From Chloroflexota bacterium (GTDB lineage Bacteria > Chloroflexota > UBA11872 > VXOZ01), in NCBI GenBank assembly GCA_964291655.2, contig OZ219802.1, positions 288,001 to 352,000 of the forward strand: 64,000 nt of DNA, in the 5' to 3' direction. Numbering within the stretch: position 1 is the first letter of the stretch; each line of letters starts with the position of its first letter. The notes under the pieces were generated by a model, which saw only the letters and a list, made by a program, of their open reading frames with translations, did no database searches and was not told the origin of the DNA. Positions 18,736 to 27,519 of this stretch are shown here, one piece after another. The position numbers and the translations under genes are program-made.

Positions 18736-20349
18736 CTACCCATCTGTCACGAGGATTGCGTACTCCAAGGAGTCCGCAAGCGCGGAGTAACTGGCTTCGA
18801 TGATGTTCGTGGAGCTACCCACCGTACTCCATTCGGAGTGGCCGTTGGTGCTTTCGATCATCACCCGCACGCCGGCCCTGGTAGCGCTGCTTTCATCGAG
18901 TACGCGCACCTTGTAGTCCATCAGCCGCACCCGTTCAAGCTGGGGATAGGCGGAAACGAGGGCCTTACGCATAGCCGTGTCCAGAGCGTTCACCGGACCG
19001 TTCCCCTCTGCAGCCGTGTGCTGCACCTCATCGCCCACCTGGATCTTGACGGTGGCTTCCGAGAGAATACTCCTGCCGCCGCGCGTTTCGACTAGTACTA
19101 GAAAGTCCAACAGCGAAAATGGCGGCGTGTAATTGGGCTGGCGACGCTTGATGAGCAACTCAAATGAAGCTTCGGCGCCTTCAAACTGAAATCCGCGCTG
19201 CTCCAGGTCCTTGATCTCTTCCACCAAACCGTGCAGGTCTTCACTCTGGCGGGAGAGGCGCAGACCCAAGCGCTCGGCCCGCGATAGCACGCTGCTGCGT
19301 CCGCTCAATTCTGAAATAAGCACCCGCATTTCGTTCCCCACAAGCGCGGGATCAATGTGTTGGTAAGCAATCTGACTCTTCGCCATGCCGTCGGCATGGT
19401 ACCCGGCCTTGTGGGCAAATGCGGAGTGTCCCACATAGGGCATGAAGGGATTGAGCGCCATATTGGCAATCTCGCTCACGAACCGCGCCACATCGGAGAG
19501 ATGCTGCAGCTGGTCTGACTTGATAGCCGAGTGGCCAAGCTTCAGCTGCAGGTTGGGAATCACGGTGCACAGGTTTGCATTGCCGCAGCGCTCGCCAACG
19601 CCGTTTACCGTGCCCTGTACGTGTGACGCACCACTCTCTACCGCTGTCAGGGTATTGGCAGTGGCAAGATCAGCATCGTTGTGCGCGTGGATGCCGATGG
19701 GCACGTCGAACTCGGCGACAACTCGCCGAGTCACGCTTCTAACGTCGTTCGGCACGCTACCGCCATTCGTATCGCACAGCACCAGGCAGTCAGCGCCGGC
19801 TTCCTGAGCAGCGCGCAGAGCAGCCATTGCGTACTCCGGACTTGCGCGATACCCATCGAAGAAGTGTTCCGCATCGAAGAACACCTCGAGACCATGGCGC
19901 TTGAGGTAGGCAATAGTCTCGCTAATCATTGCCAGGTTGTTTTCCAGCGTCGTATCGAGAACGGCCGAAACGTGGTGGTCCCACGCCTTACCCACGATGC
20001 ACACCGCGCGAGTGCCCGTGCCAATGAGCGCCCGCACGCCAGCATCATTCTCAACGCTCGTTGACTTGTGCCGGGTACTGCCAAACGCCGTAATGGTGAT
20101 ATTCTTCCAATCAATGTCCTGTGCCAAGCGGAAGAACTCTTGATCTTTAGGGTTTGAGCCCGGGTAGCCGCCTTCCACGTAGTGCACACCCAGTTCATCT
20201 AGCCGACGGGCAATCTTGAGTTTGTCGGCGGCGGCGAATGAGAGTCCTTCAGCCTGAGCGCCGTCACGAAGAGTCGTATCGTAAACGACAGTGTGACGCT
20301 CCGACTGCGCTAGTTGAGATGCCGATCGCTCAGTCACTGTTCTAGCCAA
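18736..20349 (-). CDS. cimA: Citramalate synthase (LeuA/CimA family)
   Basis: YDTTLRDGAQAEG, GGYPGSNPKD, FFDAEHFFDG, HAHND, AFAHKAG and a LeuA regulatory domain. Confidence 0.85.
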   Translation of the reverse strand: MARTVTERSASQLAQSERHTVVYDTTLRDGAQAEGLSFAAADKLKIARRLDELGVHYVEGGYPGSNPKDQEFFRLAQDIDWKNITITAFGSTRHKSTSVENDAGVRALIGTGTRAVCIVGKAWDHHVSAVLDTTLENNLAMISETIAYLKRHGLEVFFDAEHFFDGYRASPEYAMAALRAAQEAGADCLVLCDTNGGSVPNDVRSVTRRVVAEFDVPIGIHAHNDADLATANTLTAVESGASHVQGTVNGVGERCGNANLCTVIPNLQLKLGHSAIKSDQLQHLSDVARFVSEIANMALNPFMPYVGHSAFAHKAGYHADGMAKSQIAYQHIDPALVGNEMRVLISELSGRSSVLSRAERLGLRLSRQSEDLHGLVEEIKDLEQRGFQFEGAEASFELLIKRRQPNYTPPFSLLDFLVLVETRGGRSILSEATVKIQVGDEVQHTAAEGNGPVNALDTAMRKALVSAYPQLERVRLMDYKVRVLDESSATRAGVRVMIESTNGHSEWSTVGSSTNIIEASYSALADSLEYAILVTDG

Positions 20350-20428
20350 GGAACAATCCTATCCAAGCCATTTGTGCAGTGTTTCACAATGTTACTCGAC
20401 TGAATTCTACCACAAGAGCCACGTCTGA

Positions 20429-21136
20429 TTACGTCATTTCTTCGTCCTGCTTGGAGCCCATGAGATACCAACCATAGACTAAGCCGGCGACAATCGCACC
20501 GCACAGAGGGCCAATCCAATAGACGAGGTGGTTCTCCCAGAAATTCGCGGCTACGGCCGGACCGAACGTACGTGCCGGGTTCATTGACGCGCCGGTGAGC
20601 GGACCGCCGATGAGGATATCCGCCGCAATGGTTAGACCGATGGCAAAGCCGCCAACCTTGGCAGCGCGTGGGTCCATGGCGGTGCCGAATACGACAATAA
20701 CGAGAATGAAAGTGAGAATTGCTTCAATGAGAACGGCGGTGCCAAATGAAATCTCCGCTGCCACCGCTGGTGTGCCGAGGTTGACGGATTGCCAGACATC
20801 GGTGGGGAAAACTGCACGCAAGGCAAAGCCGGCCAACACCGCGGCAACCAGCTGCGCCACTATGTAAAGTGCACCGTGTAGAATATCGATCTGCCGTCCC
20901 ACAAATGCTGCTACGGTAACAGCCGGGTTAAAGTGTCCGCCGGAAATGTGGCCGAATGCCGTTACCATAATCGCAAGCGCCAGACCGTGGGCGAGCGCGA
21001 TTGCGACCAAACCGGGACCGTCTCCCCCGCGCGAAACGATGAACGCATCCGTGACAATGGCGCCTGCGCCAATGAAGAAAAAACAAAATGTCCCAATGAA
21101 CTCAGCGACGAGTGCTTTCGGTGTATTCTCGGTCAT
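20429..21136 (-). CDS. MIP-family aquaporin
   Basis: AEFIGTF, SGGHFNPAVT and SMNPART (two NPA motifs). Confidence 0.92.
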   Translation of the reverse strand: MTENTPKALVAEFIGTFCFFFIGAGAIVTDAFIVSRGGDGPGLVAIALAHGLALAIMVTAFGHISGGHFNPAVTVAAFVGRQIDILHGALYIVAQLVAAVLAGFALRAVFPTDVWQSVNLGTPAVAAEISFGTAVLIEAILTFILVIVVFGTAMDPRAAKVGGFAIGLTIAADILIGGPLTGASMNPARTFGPAVAANFWENHLVYWIGPLCGAIVAGLVYGWYLMGSKQDEEMT

Positions 21137-21434
21137 GGCATCGCCTTTCCCTTGGATTGTTCTGTTTGCAACAGCAACATTGTCCGAACGTCTGACAGTT
21201 GTTATTGTGCAATGTGGACTGTGAATGTCAAATCAGGTAAGAAGAGAGACGAGGTTAAGCCGGATTTATGTTTATTGCCGCAGATCCTATACTCCAGAGA
21301 ACTGGGTAGTTACATTGTCCGACTGTGATTCCGAAATTGAATACCGCATTGATTCGGTGCTGCGAGTTGCAGCCAGGGCTGCTGGTCTCTTTTGTAAACA
21401 ATGAATCTAATTTACCTACTGAAAGTGAGTAACT

Positions 21435-23417
21435 ATGCCTAGATCTGAAGACGCGTCAGAAACCGGGACCGTAGCAATTACGCCGGATTCCGGCCGTGCC
21501 GGCACCTGGGGTACGTGGGTCGTGACCTACACGGTGGGCGCGGCGGGCATTGCGATCGGCGGTGGCCTGCAAGTCGCCCTCCCGCAACGCTGGCACCAGT
21601 GGTGGCGCAACTCCGCCCGCCGCGTGCAGAGCGTAGATCCCACTGCCCCTTTCTTCGTCACTGCGCATGCGGACCGCCCTAGCGTGCATCTGGGTTGTGA
21701 GGTGCTCGACGCGACCGAGGGTGAGTACGCAAAAACGTACCGGCGCAATGTAGGCTACCCGACTGGGAGCCGGTATGCCTGGACGGTGCAGGTAAACGTT
21801 GTGGAAGGCGCGCTGCAGGCGGGTGACACCATCACCGTGATCTACGGTGACATGAGTCATGGCGGTCGCGGCTTCACGCCGCCCCTATGGACGGGATCGC
21901 CGGAGCGCGTGCGCGCTGCCGTGGATCATTCAGGCGCTGGGACATTTACGCTCTTGCCGGACGCGGCCCTGCCGTGGCTGCATAGCGAGCCGGGGCCACC
22001 GGTAGAATTGTCCATCGTACTTGACTCTTGCGGTGTCGTGGGCCGGAGTACGCGTGTACGCATGGTGGCACTGGATGAATTCCATAATCCAGTCCCAGCT
22101 CCAGACACTGTTGTGTATCTGGTCGTCGAAACGGGGGCGGCCACCATACGAGAAAACCCAGTAAAACTCAGTGACGCAAGCACGTGGGGTTGCAGGGAGT
22201 TTTCGCTAACCCCGACCGAAGAGGGAGTCCTCCGTCTGCGGGGCACAACCCAGGACGGGATACTGTACAGTTTTTCCAATCCGTGCAAAGTGCTTGCCGC
22301 TTCAGCGAGTGGACCGGATGCGGCTAGCGACGGTCTTTTTTGGGGCGACATTCACTCACACAGCAATTACTCTTGGGACGGCACGGGCACACGGGACGAT
22401 CACTTCCGCTACGCGCGCTACGCCTCGCTGCTTGACGTTTACAGCGCCACTGACCACAACGATAGACGCAGCATGAGCCAGGAAGACTGGCAGCAAAACG
22501 TCGCCTACACGAAAAAGTGGCACGAGCCGGGAGTGTTCGCCACGATTCTTGGTTACGAGGCGAGCTTTGGCGCGCCCTACGGCCACCACAACGTCTACTA
22601 TCGCGGCGGCGAGGGGCGGCTTTACTACCATGACGAGGAAAACCCGGAGGAGATTTGGCAACGGGGAGAGCGCGGAAATTTAGCTGGCGAGATGTTCACC
22701 ATCCCCCATCATACCGGCGGCTTCGCCCGTCCGGGAGGCGGCGTGAAGCACGACTGGAGCATTCACGACCCGCGGTTTCGCCCAAGCATTGAGATTTACT
22801 CGTCTCACGGCCTTAGCGAGGAGTACGCGCCGGACCATCCCATTTCGATGGACGTTTCCGACTTTACCTTCAACGGCCCCGGCGATCCCGGCAACTACAC
22901 GGTGGACGCGTGGCTGGCGGGACTCAAACTCGGCACGATCGGCTCGTCGGACAACCACGGATCGCAGCCTGGGAAAGAGGGCTTTGGCACCATGGCGGTC
23001 TGGGCGCCGGAACTGACCCGTGAAGCGGCCTTTGACGCCATCCGCAACCGACGTACGTATGGCAGCACAGGCTCCCGCATCTACCTGGAATTCACAGTCA
23101 ATGGCGAGCCGATGGGCGGCGAAACGACCGTTGCCGCCGAGCAGCCAGTCGCCGTGCATGTTGAAGCGCTGGGCACCGGCCCGCTTCGTTGGATCCACAT
23201 CTTACGCGGCGACCTCGACCAGCCGAAGACAGGCTTCTCCGTCGTCCATCAAGAGTGGTTCCCCGGCAGCAGCGCGCCATTGGACTTCACCCTAGATTGG
23301 ACCGACGAAAGTCCACCAGCCCGCGCAATCTACTACGTCCGCGTCCGCCAACGCGACCTCGTCCACGGCCGCGTCGCCCAGGCCTGGAGCAGTCCCATAT
23401 GGGTGACGACAGCCTAA
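21435..23417 (+). CDS. PHP-fold metallohydrolase, CehA/McbA/DUF3604-like
   Basis: WGDIHSHS..S.DG, ATDHND, GHHNV, IPHHTG, GSSDNH, AWSSPIW. Confidence 0.8.
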   Translation: MPRSEDASETGTVAITPDSGRAGTWGTWVVTYTVGAAGIAIGGGLQVALPQRWHQWWRNSARRVQSVDPTAPFFVTAHADRPSVHLGCEVLDATEGEYAKTYRRNVGYPTGSRYAWTVQVNVVEGALQAGDTITVIYGDMSHGGRGFTPPLWTGSPERVRAAVDHSGAGTFTLLPDAALPWLHSEPGPPVELSIVLDSCGVVGRSTRVRMVALDEFHNPVPAPDTVVYLVVETGAATIRENPVKLSDASTWGCREFSLTPTEEGVLRLRGTTQDGILYSFSNPCKVLAASASGPDAASDGLFWGDIHSHSNYSWDGTGTRDDHFRYARYASLLDVYSATDHNDRRSMSQEDWQQNVAYTKKWHEPGVFATILGYEASFGAPYGHHNVYYRGGEGRLYYHDEENPEEIWQRGERGNLAGEMFTIPHHTGGFARPGGGVKHDWSIHDPRFRPSIEIYSSHGLSEEYAPDHPISMDVSDFTFNGPGDPGNYTVDAWLAGLKLGTIGSSDNHGSQPGKEGFGTMAVWAPELTREAAFDAIRNRRTYGSTGSRIYLEFTVNGEPMGGETTVAAEQPVAVHVEALGTGPLRWIHILRGDLDQPKTGFSVVHQEWFPGSSAPLDFTLDWTDESPPARAIYYVRVRQRDLVHGRVAQAWSSPIWVTTA

Positions 23418-23538
23418 AATCATGGACATGGCTGCAAAAGCCACGCTATGATCGCAGTGTAGTATTGGAGTTGTGATGCGAGAATGCGTGCCGCATCCCA
23501 ACATTCAGGTCTTGAAGTGAAACCGTAAGGCTACTCTC

Positions 23539-23850
23539 ATGAGTCAAGACGCAAAGCAAGAGCCTCCTCTGTCCACCGCCACCGTAGAGAGTGTTGTGGT
23601 ACCAATTCTTAGACGATATGGGGCAAAGCGGGCAGGCCTCTTTGGATCTCTCATACACGGTAACCTTAGGCCTGAGAGTGACATTGACTTGGTGGTGGAA
23701 TTACCAGAGGGGGCCAGTCTTTTGGATCTTGCCGGCCTCGGCCTGGACCTGGAACAGGCGTTGGGCCGCAATGTTGATATTCTGACCTATAACTCAATCC
23801 ATCCGCGCCTCCGCGAGAGCATCCTCGCAGAGCAAATTGTCGTTCTCTAG
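23539..23850 (+). CDS. MNT nucleotidyltransferase antitoxin (MntA-like)
   Basis: GS-x10-DxD (GSLIHGNLRPESDID); GRNVD. Confidence 0.88.
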   Translation: MSQDAKQEPPLSTATVESVVVPILRRYGAKRAGLFGSLIHGNLRPESDIDLVVELPEGASLLDLAGLGLDLEQALGRNVDILTYNSIHPRLRESILAEQIVVL

Positions 23851-23854
23851 ACCA

Positions 23855-24199
23855 ATGCCCACAGACCCTACCGTCTACCTTCAAGACATCCTAGAGAGTA
23901 TAAACCTCATCGAGGTGTATACAAGAAACCTCACACGGTCAGAGTTTTTAGCCTCGCAGGAGAAGCAGGACGCCGTGATACGCAGATTGGAAATCATTGG
24001 TGAAGCAACGCGTCATCTCCCTGCGGAAACTACTGCCGCCCACCCAGAGATTCCTTGGGTCCGTATCATTGCAATGCGCAATCGACTGATCCACGCCTAC
24101 GGACTGGTAGACCTTCAACTCACGTGGGCAGTCGTCGAGCATGAGCTACCGAAGCTTAAAGAACGGGTGCGCACGCTCCTTGAACAGTACGAAAAATAG
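23855..24199 (+). CDS. HEPN/DUF86 RNase toxin (HepT-like)
   Basis: R-x4-H-x-Y (RNRLIHAY), LEIIGEA, PEIPW; 4 nt downstream of the MNT gene. Confidence 0.88.
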   Translation: MPTDPTVYLQDILESINLIEVYTRNLTRSEFLASQEKQDAVIRRLEIIGEATRHLPAETTAAHPEIPWVRIIAMRNRLIHAYGLVDLQLTWAVVEHELPKLKERVRTLLEQYEK

Positions 24200-24218
24200 T
24201 GACCATTCACCGTGGCCC

Positions 24219-25319
24219 CTAATTGGAACTGCTCGCAACGTTACGCCTTGGAAAAGCCGCATGGGCCTCCTTGAGAAAGTCACGGAACACTTCCGAATCC
24301 AGGGTGTAGTCTTGCTTGATGTAAAGCCTGCCCCACGGGTTCTGTGGGTCGATTGAGATTGAACTAGGCAGTCTAAGCTTCTCCGCCAGTGTGGCGTCAG
24401 TCGAGTACTCGGCTACTCCCAACCTTTGGGCCAGATTCGCTTGGGTAAATGTGCCAATTCCCATGCGAAAATCCATAACCAATGAGGATGTACGTGCATT
24501 TATGTATAGCCATCGGCGGTTTTTGATCCCGTACGAGACGTAAAACTTCTGGTTCCAGTGCGGGCCTTCAGCATCCTCAATCGTTTCGTCTATGAGACTG
24601 GTCAGTTGAATTAGCATTTCACTCGACCTAGGACCGCACCGCTCTTCTAAATGCCACTTTCTGCCATTGTTGATCCAAGGGCGTGGACCACCGCCGTCTC
24701 CGATACCAACACCCTGAAAACGGTCAACCGGCAATGGGACGATGAGTCGCGGTTGCAAGAGTGTGGCATCCCCTTCCCGATACACCTCCACTTCAATCGC
24801 CTTAATGTCGATACCATGCTCTCGCAGCCAGAGCGCCACGCTGCCCAGCTTGTCGCGAATAGCGGAGCCAACTAGGATTGTGCGCTGGTCGGCATTCAAT
24901 GCTGGCACGTCCCCGGTGTCATTGTCAGCGCAGAACTGTGCAAACACATCATCGAGGCTAAATTCAGTCTCGCCGCCCTCTTTGAAGAAACGTTGTGCTT
25001 ACCGTTCAAAGTCTGCAGTGTGCCAACGTGAAACGTAACTCGCATAGCGCAGGGCTTGCATGTCGACGGGATCCGAAAGTTGGTCGCGCTTCAACTCAAT
25101 GATCACGCCGTTTCCTTCAAGATCAAGCGCAAGAATGTCGATTCGATCCTTTACGTCTGGTATCAACACTTGGCGTCCAATGACAAGTAGCGGTTCATCC
25201 AGGAACTCCGGATTAGCAATTATCCAGTCCTCCAAGTGCTCTTCTAAGAATTGCTGCTGATCGAGCGTTGTTTCTGCTATTTGCTGCAGACCGTCTTGCG
25301 TGGTCTTCCAGATAGGCAT
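24219..25319 (-). pseudogene. NucS/DUF91-like PD-(D/E)xK endonuclease interrupted by one in-frame TAA
   Basis: EHLEDWI, RIDILALD, VIIELKR, QALRYAS. TAA at 25001-24999 is followed in frame by AQRFFKEGG.. and runs into ORF 24947-24219. Confidence 0.75.
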
Positions 25320-25434
25320 AGAAGTCCTTTCCTCACACAGCCTCGGCAGTTTCTGGCACACTGTAGACGAACTATACAGTTTTGATCGCGCTGTTGGTCT
25401 CGTCGATACGATGGATAGAAAAAGGGGTTTTGCC

Positions 25435-27324
25435 GTGGCTGAAGAACAGAGTTCACCACAACAATACGGCGTTGTGGTCGCTAGAAATGTCATGATGACG
25501 GCCCGTGATGGCGTCAAGCTCGGCACAGATGTGTATCGTCCGGCGCTTCCTGCCGACGGCAGCGCGGGTAGCATCGGGCTAACGCAAGACGACCTGGAAG
25601 CCGTAGAGGGTGCGTTTCCCGTTATTCTCGAGCGCACGCCGTATGACAAGACGGGACTTGGATTGCGGCGGAAGGGGCACTATTATGCGCGGCGGGGGTA
25701 CGTGGTGGTGATCCAGGACGTGCGGGGACGGTTTACGTCTGAGGGCGAGTGGTACGCCTTTGGCGATGAAGGGCCGGACGGATACGACACTTGCGCCTGG
25801 ATCGTGGAGCAGCCATGGTCGAACGGCAAGATCGCTACCACGGGTTGCAGTTACGCCGGCTGTACGCAAAGCGCCCTCGCGTCGCTCAACCCGCCCGGCC
25901 TGGCCGGCATGTTCGTGGAGGAAGGGCCGTGGAATTACCACACCGCTTCCATGCGGCACAACGGCGCCTGCGAGATGCGCTTCATGATCTATGCCTTCCG
26001 CATGGCGACCACCAGCAAAGAGGCGCTCAGCGACCCGCGCCTGCGCCAGAGCCTGGATAGCGCCTTCGCCAACGTGGCGCAATGGGTGGAAAATGCGCCC
26101 CTGAAGAAGGGCGTATCGCCGCTAGCCGAGCTGCCCAGCTACGAGCAATGGCACCTGGACGTCCTCACTCACGGCGACCTGGACGAATACTGGCACCGTC
26201 CCGGCTACGGCCCGGAGCTCTTCTACGATGAACACGCCGACGTGCCGACCGTCTACTTCGGCGGCTGGTACGATTCCTATGCGCGCTCGACCTGCACAAA
26301 TTATGTCGAGCTTAGCGAGCGCAAAGAATCGCCGCAGACGCTCATCATGGGCCCCTTCACCCACGGCACCGGCAGTGCCGAGGTCTCCCACGCAGGTGAC
26401 GTCGACTTTGGCCGCGATGCCGCCATTTACGACATGAACGAGTTGCGGCTGCATTGGTACGACTACTGGCTCAAGGGAAAAGAGACCGGCGTGGGGCAAA
26501 CCAAGCCGGTGCAGATCTTCGTCATGGGCGGCGGCAGCGGCACGCGCAACAGCGACGGCCGGCTGGACCACGGCGGACACTGGCGCGCGGAAGACGAGTG
26601 GCCGCTCGCGCGCACCGCGTGGACTCCTTACTACTTGCACGCCGACGGCGGTCTGAGCTTAGATACACCCTCGCCGACCAAGCAACAGAGGCAGAGTTCA
26701 TTTACGTTCGACCCGGCAAATCCCGTCCCAACCATCGGCGGCAACCTCTCGGCGGGTGATCCAGTCCTTGTTGCGGGCGCTTACGACCAGCGCGGCGACG
26801 AGCGCTTTTTTGGGTATACCGGCAGCCTGCCGCTGGCGGCCCGGCCTGACGTTCTGGTTTTCCAGACCCCGCCGCTTGAAGAAGACATAGAGGTGACGGG
26901 CCCGCTCACGGTGAAACTCTGGATCAAATCTACCGCCGTGGATACCGACTTTACGGTCAAGCTGCTCGATGTGCATCCACCAAATGGCGACTACCCCCAG
27001 GGCTTTGCCATGAATGTCACGGACAGCATACAGCGCGCCCGCTACCGCAATAGCCGGGAACAGGCAGAATTGCTTGAGCCAAACGTACCGACGGCAATCG
27101 CCATCGAGATGTATCCGACAAGCAACGTCTTTGCGCAGGGCCATCGCATCCGGCTGGATGTCTCCAGCAGTAACTTCCCGCGCTTCGACGTGAATCCAAA
27201 CACCGGGGAATCACTGGGCCGCCACACGCGGCTGGAAGAGGCGCATAACACAGTCTTCCACGAGCCGGGACGACCCTCGCACATCGTCTTGCCAGTAATT
27301 CCCAGGTGTGAAGAACCCGAGTAA
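25435..27324 (+). CDS. CocE/NonD family serine hydrolase
   Basis: RTPY, QDVRGR, GCSYAG nucleophile, GGWYD, SSSNFPRFD; GTG start after AGGGG. Confidence 0.9.
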   Translation: MAEEQSSPQQYGVVVARNVMMTARDGVKLGTDVYRPALPADGSAGSIGLTQDDLEAVEGAFPVILERTPYDKTGLGLRRKGHYYARRGYVVVIQDVRGRFTSEGEWYAFGDEGPDGYDTCAWIVEQPWSNGKIATTGCSYAGCTQSALASLNPPGLAGMFVEEGPWNYHTASMRHNGACEMRFMIYAFRMATTSKEALSDPRLRQSLDSAFANVAQWVENAPLKKGVSPLAELPSYEQWHLDVLTHGDLDEYWHRPGYGPELFYDEHADVPTVYFGGWYDSYARSTCTNYVELSERKESPQTLIMGPFTHGTGSAEVSHAGDVDFGRDAAIYDMNELRLHWYDYWLKGKETGVGQTKPVQIFVMGGGSGTRNSDGRLDHGGHWRAEDEWPLARTAWTPYYLHADGGLSLDTPSPTKQQRQSSFTFDPANPVPTIGGNLSAGDPVLVAGAYDQRGDERFFGYTGSLPLAARPDVLVFQTPPLEEDIEVTGPLTVKLWIKSTAVDTDFTVKLLDVHPPNGDYPQGFAMNVTDSIQRARYRNSREQAELLEPNVPTAIAIEMYPTSNVFAQGHRIRLDVSSSNFPRFDVNPNTGESLGRHTRLEEAHNTVFHEPGRPSHIVLPVIPRCEEPE

Positions 27325-27519
27325 GCCAATCGCGCAAACAACCATGTGGGGAAATGTCTCCGGGCTTTGAAAGCACTGAGATTGGTGCTAGTTGCCGCGT
27401 GGCGCGCCTGCATTCTTGGTGGAACAGTAGTGAAGAGCGCGTATTGGCCGCCGAGTAGAGAGAGCAAGATCGACCTGAACAGTTGAGACTAGTACTGCAA
27501 CAATGAAGAGTGAGATTCA

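Noticed and set aside
24999-25001. Programmed stop-codon readthrough (Sec/Pyl) in the nuclease gene
   Set aside because: The codon is TAA, not TGA or TAG, and the position is not catalytic; a simple nonsense change is more likely.
23418-25434. Insertion sequence or integrative element boundaries around the TA islet
   Set aside because: No transposase, integrase, terminal inverted repeats or target duplication could be seen.
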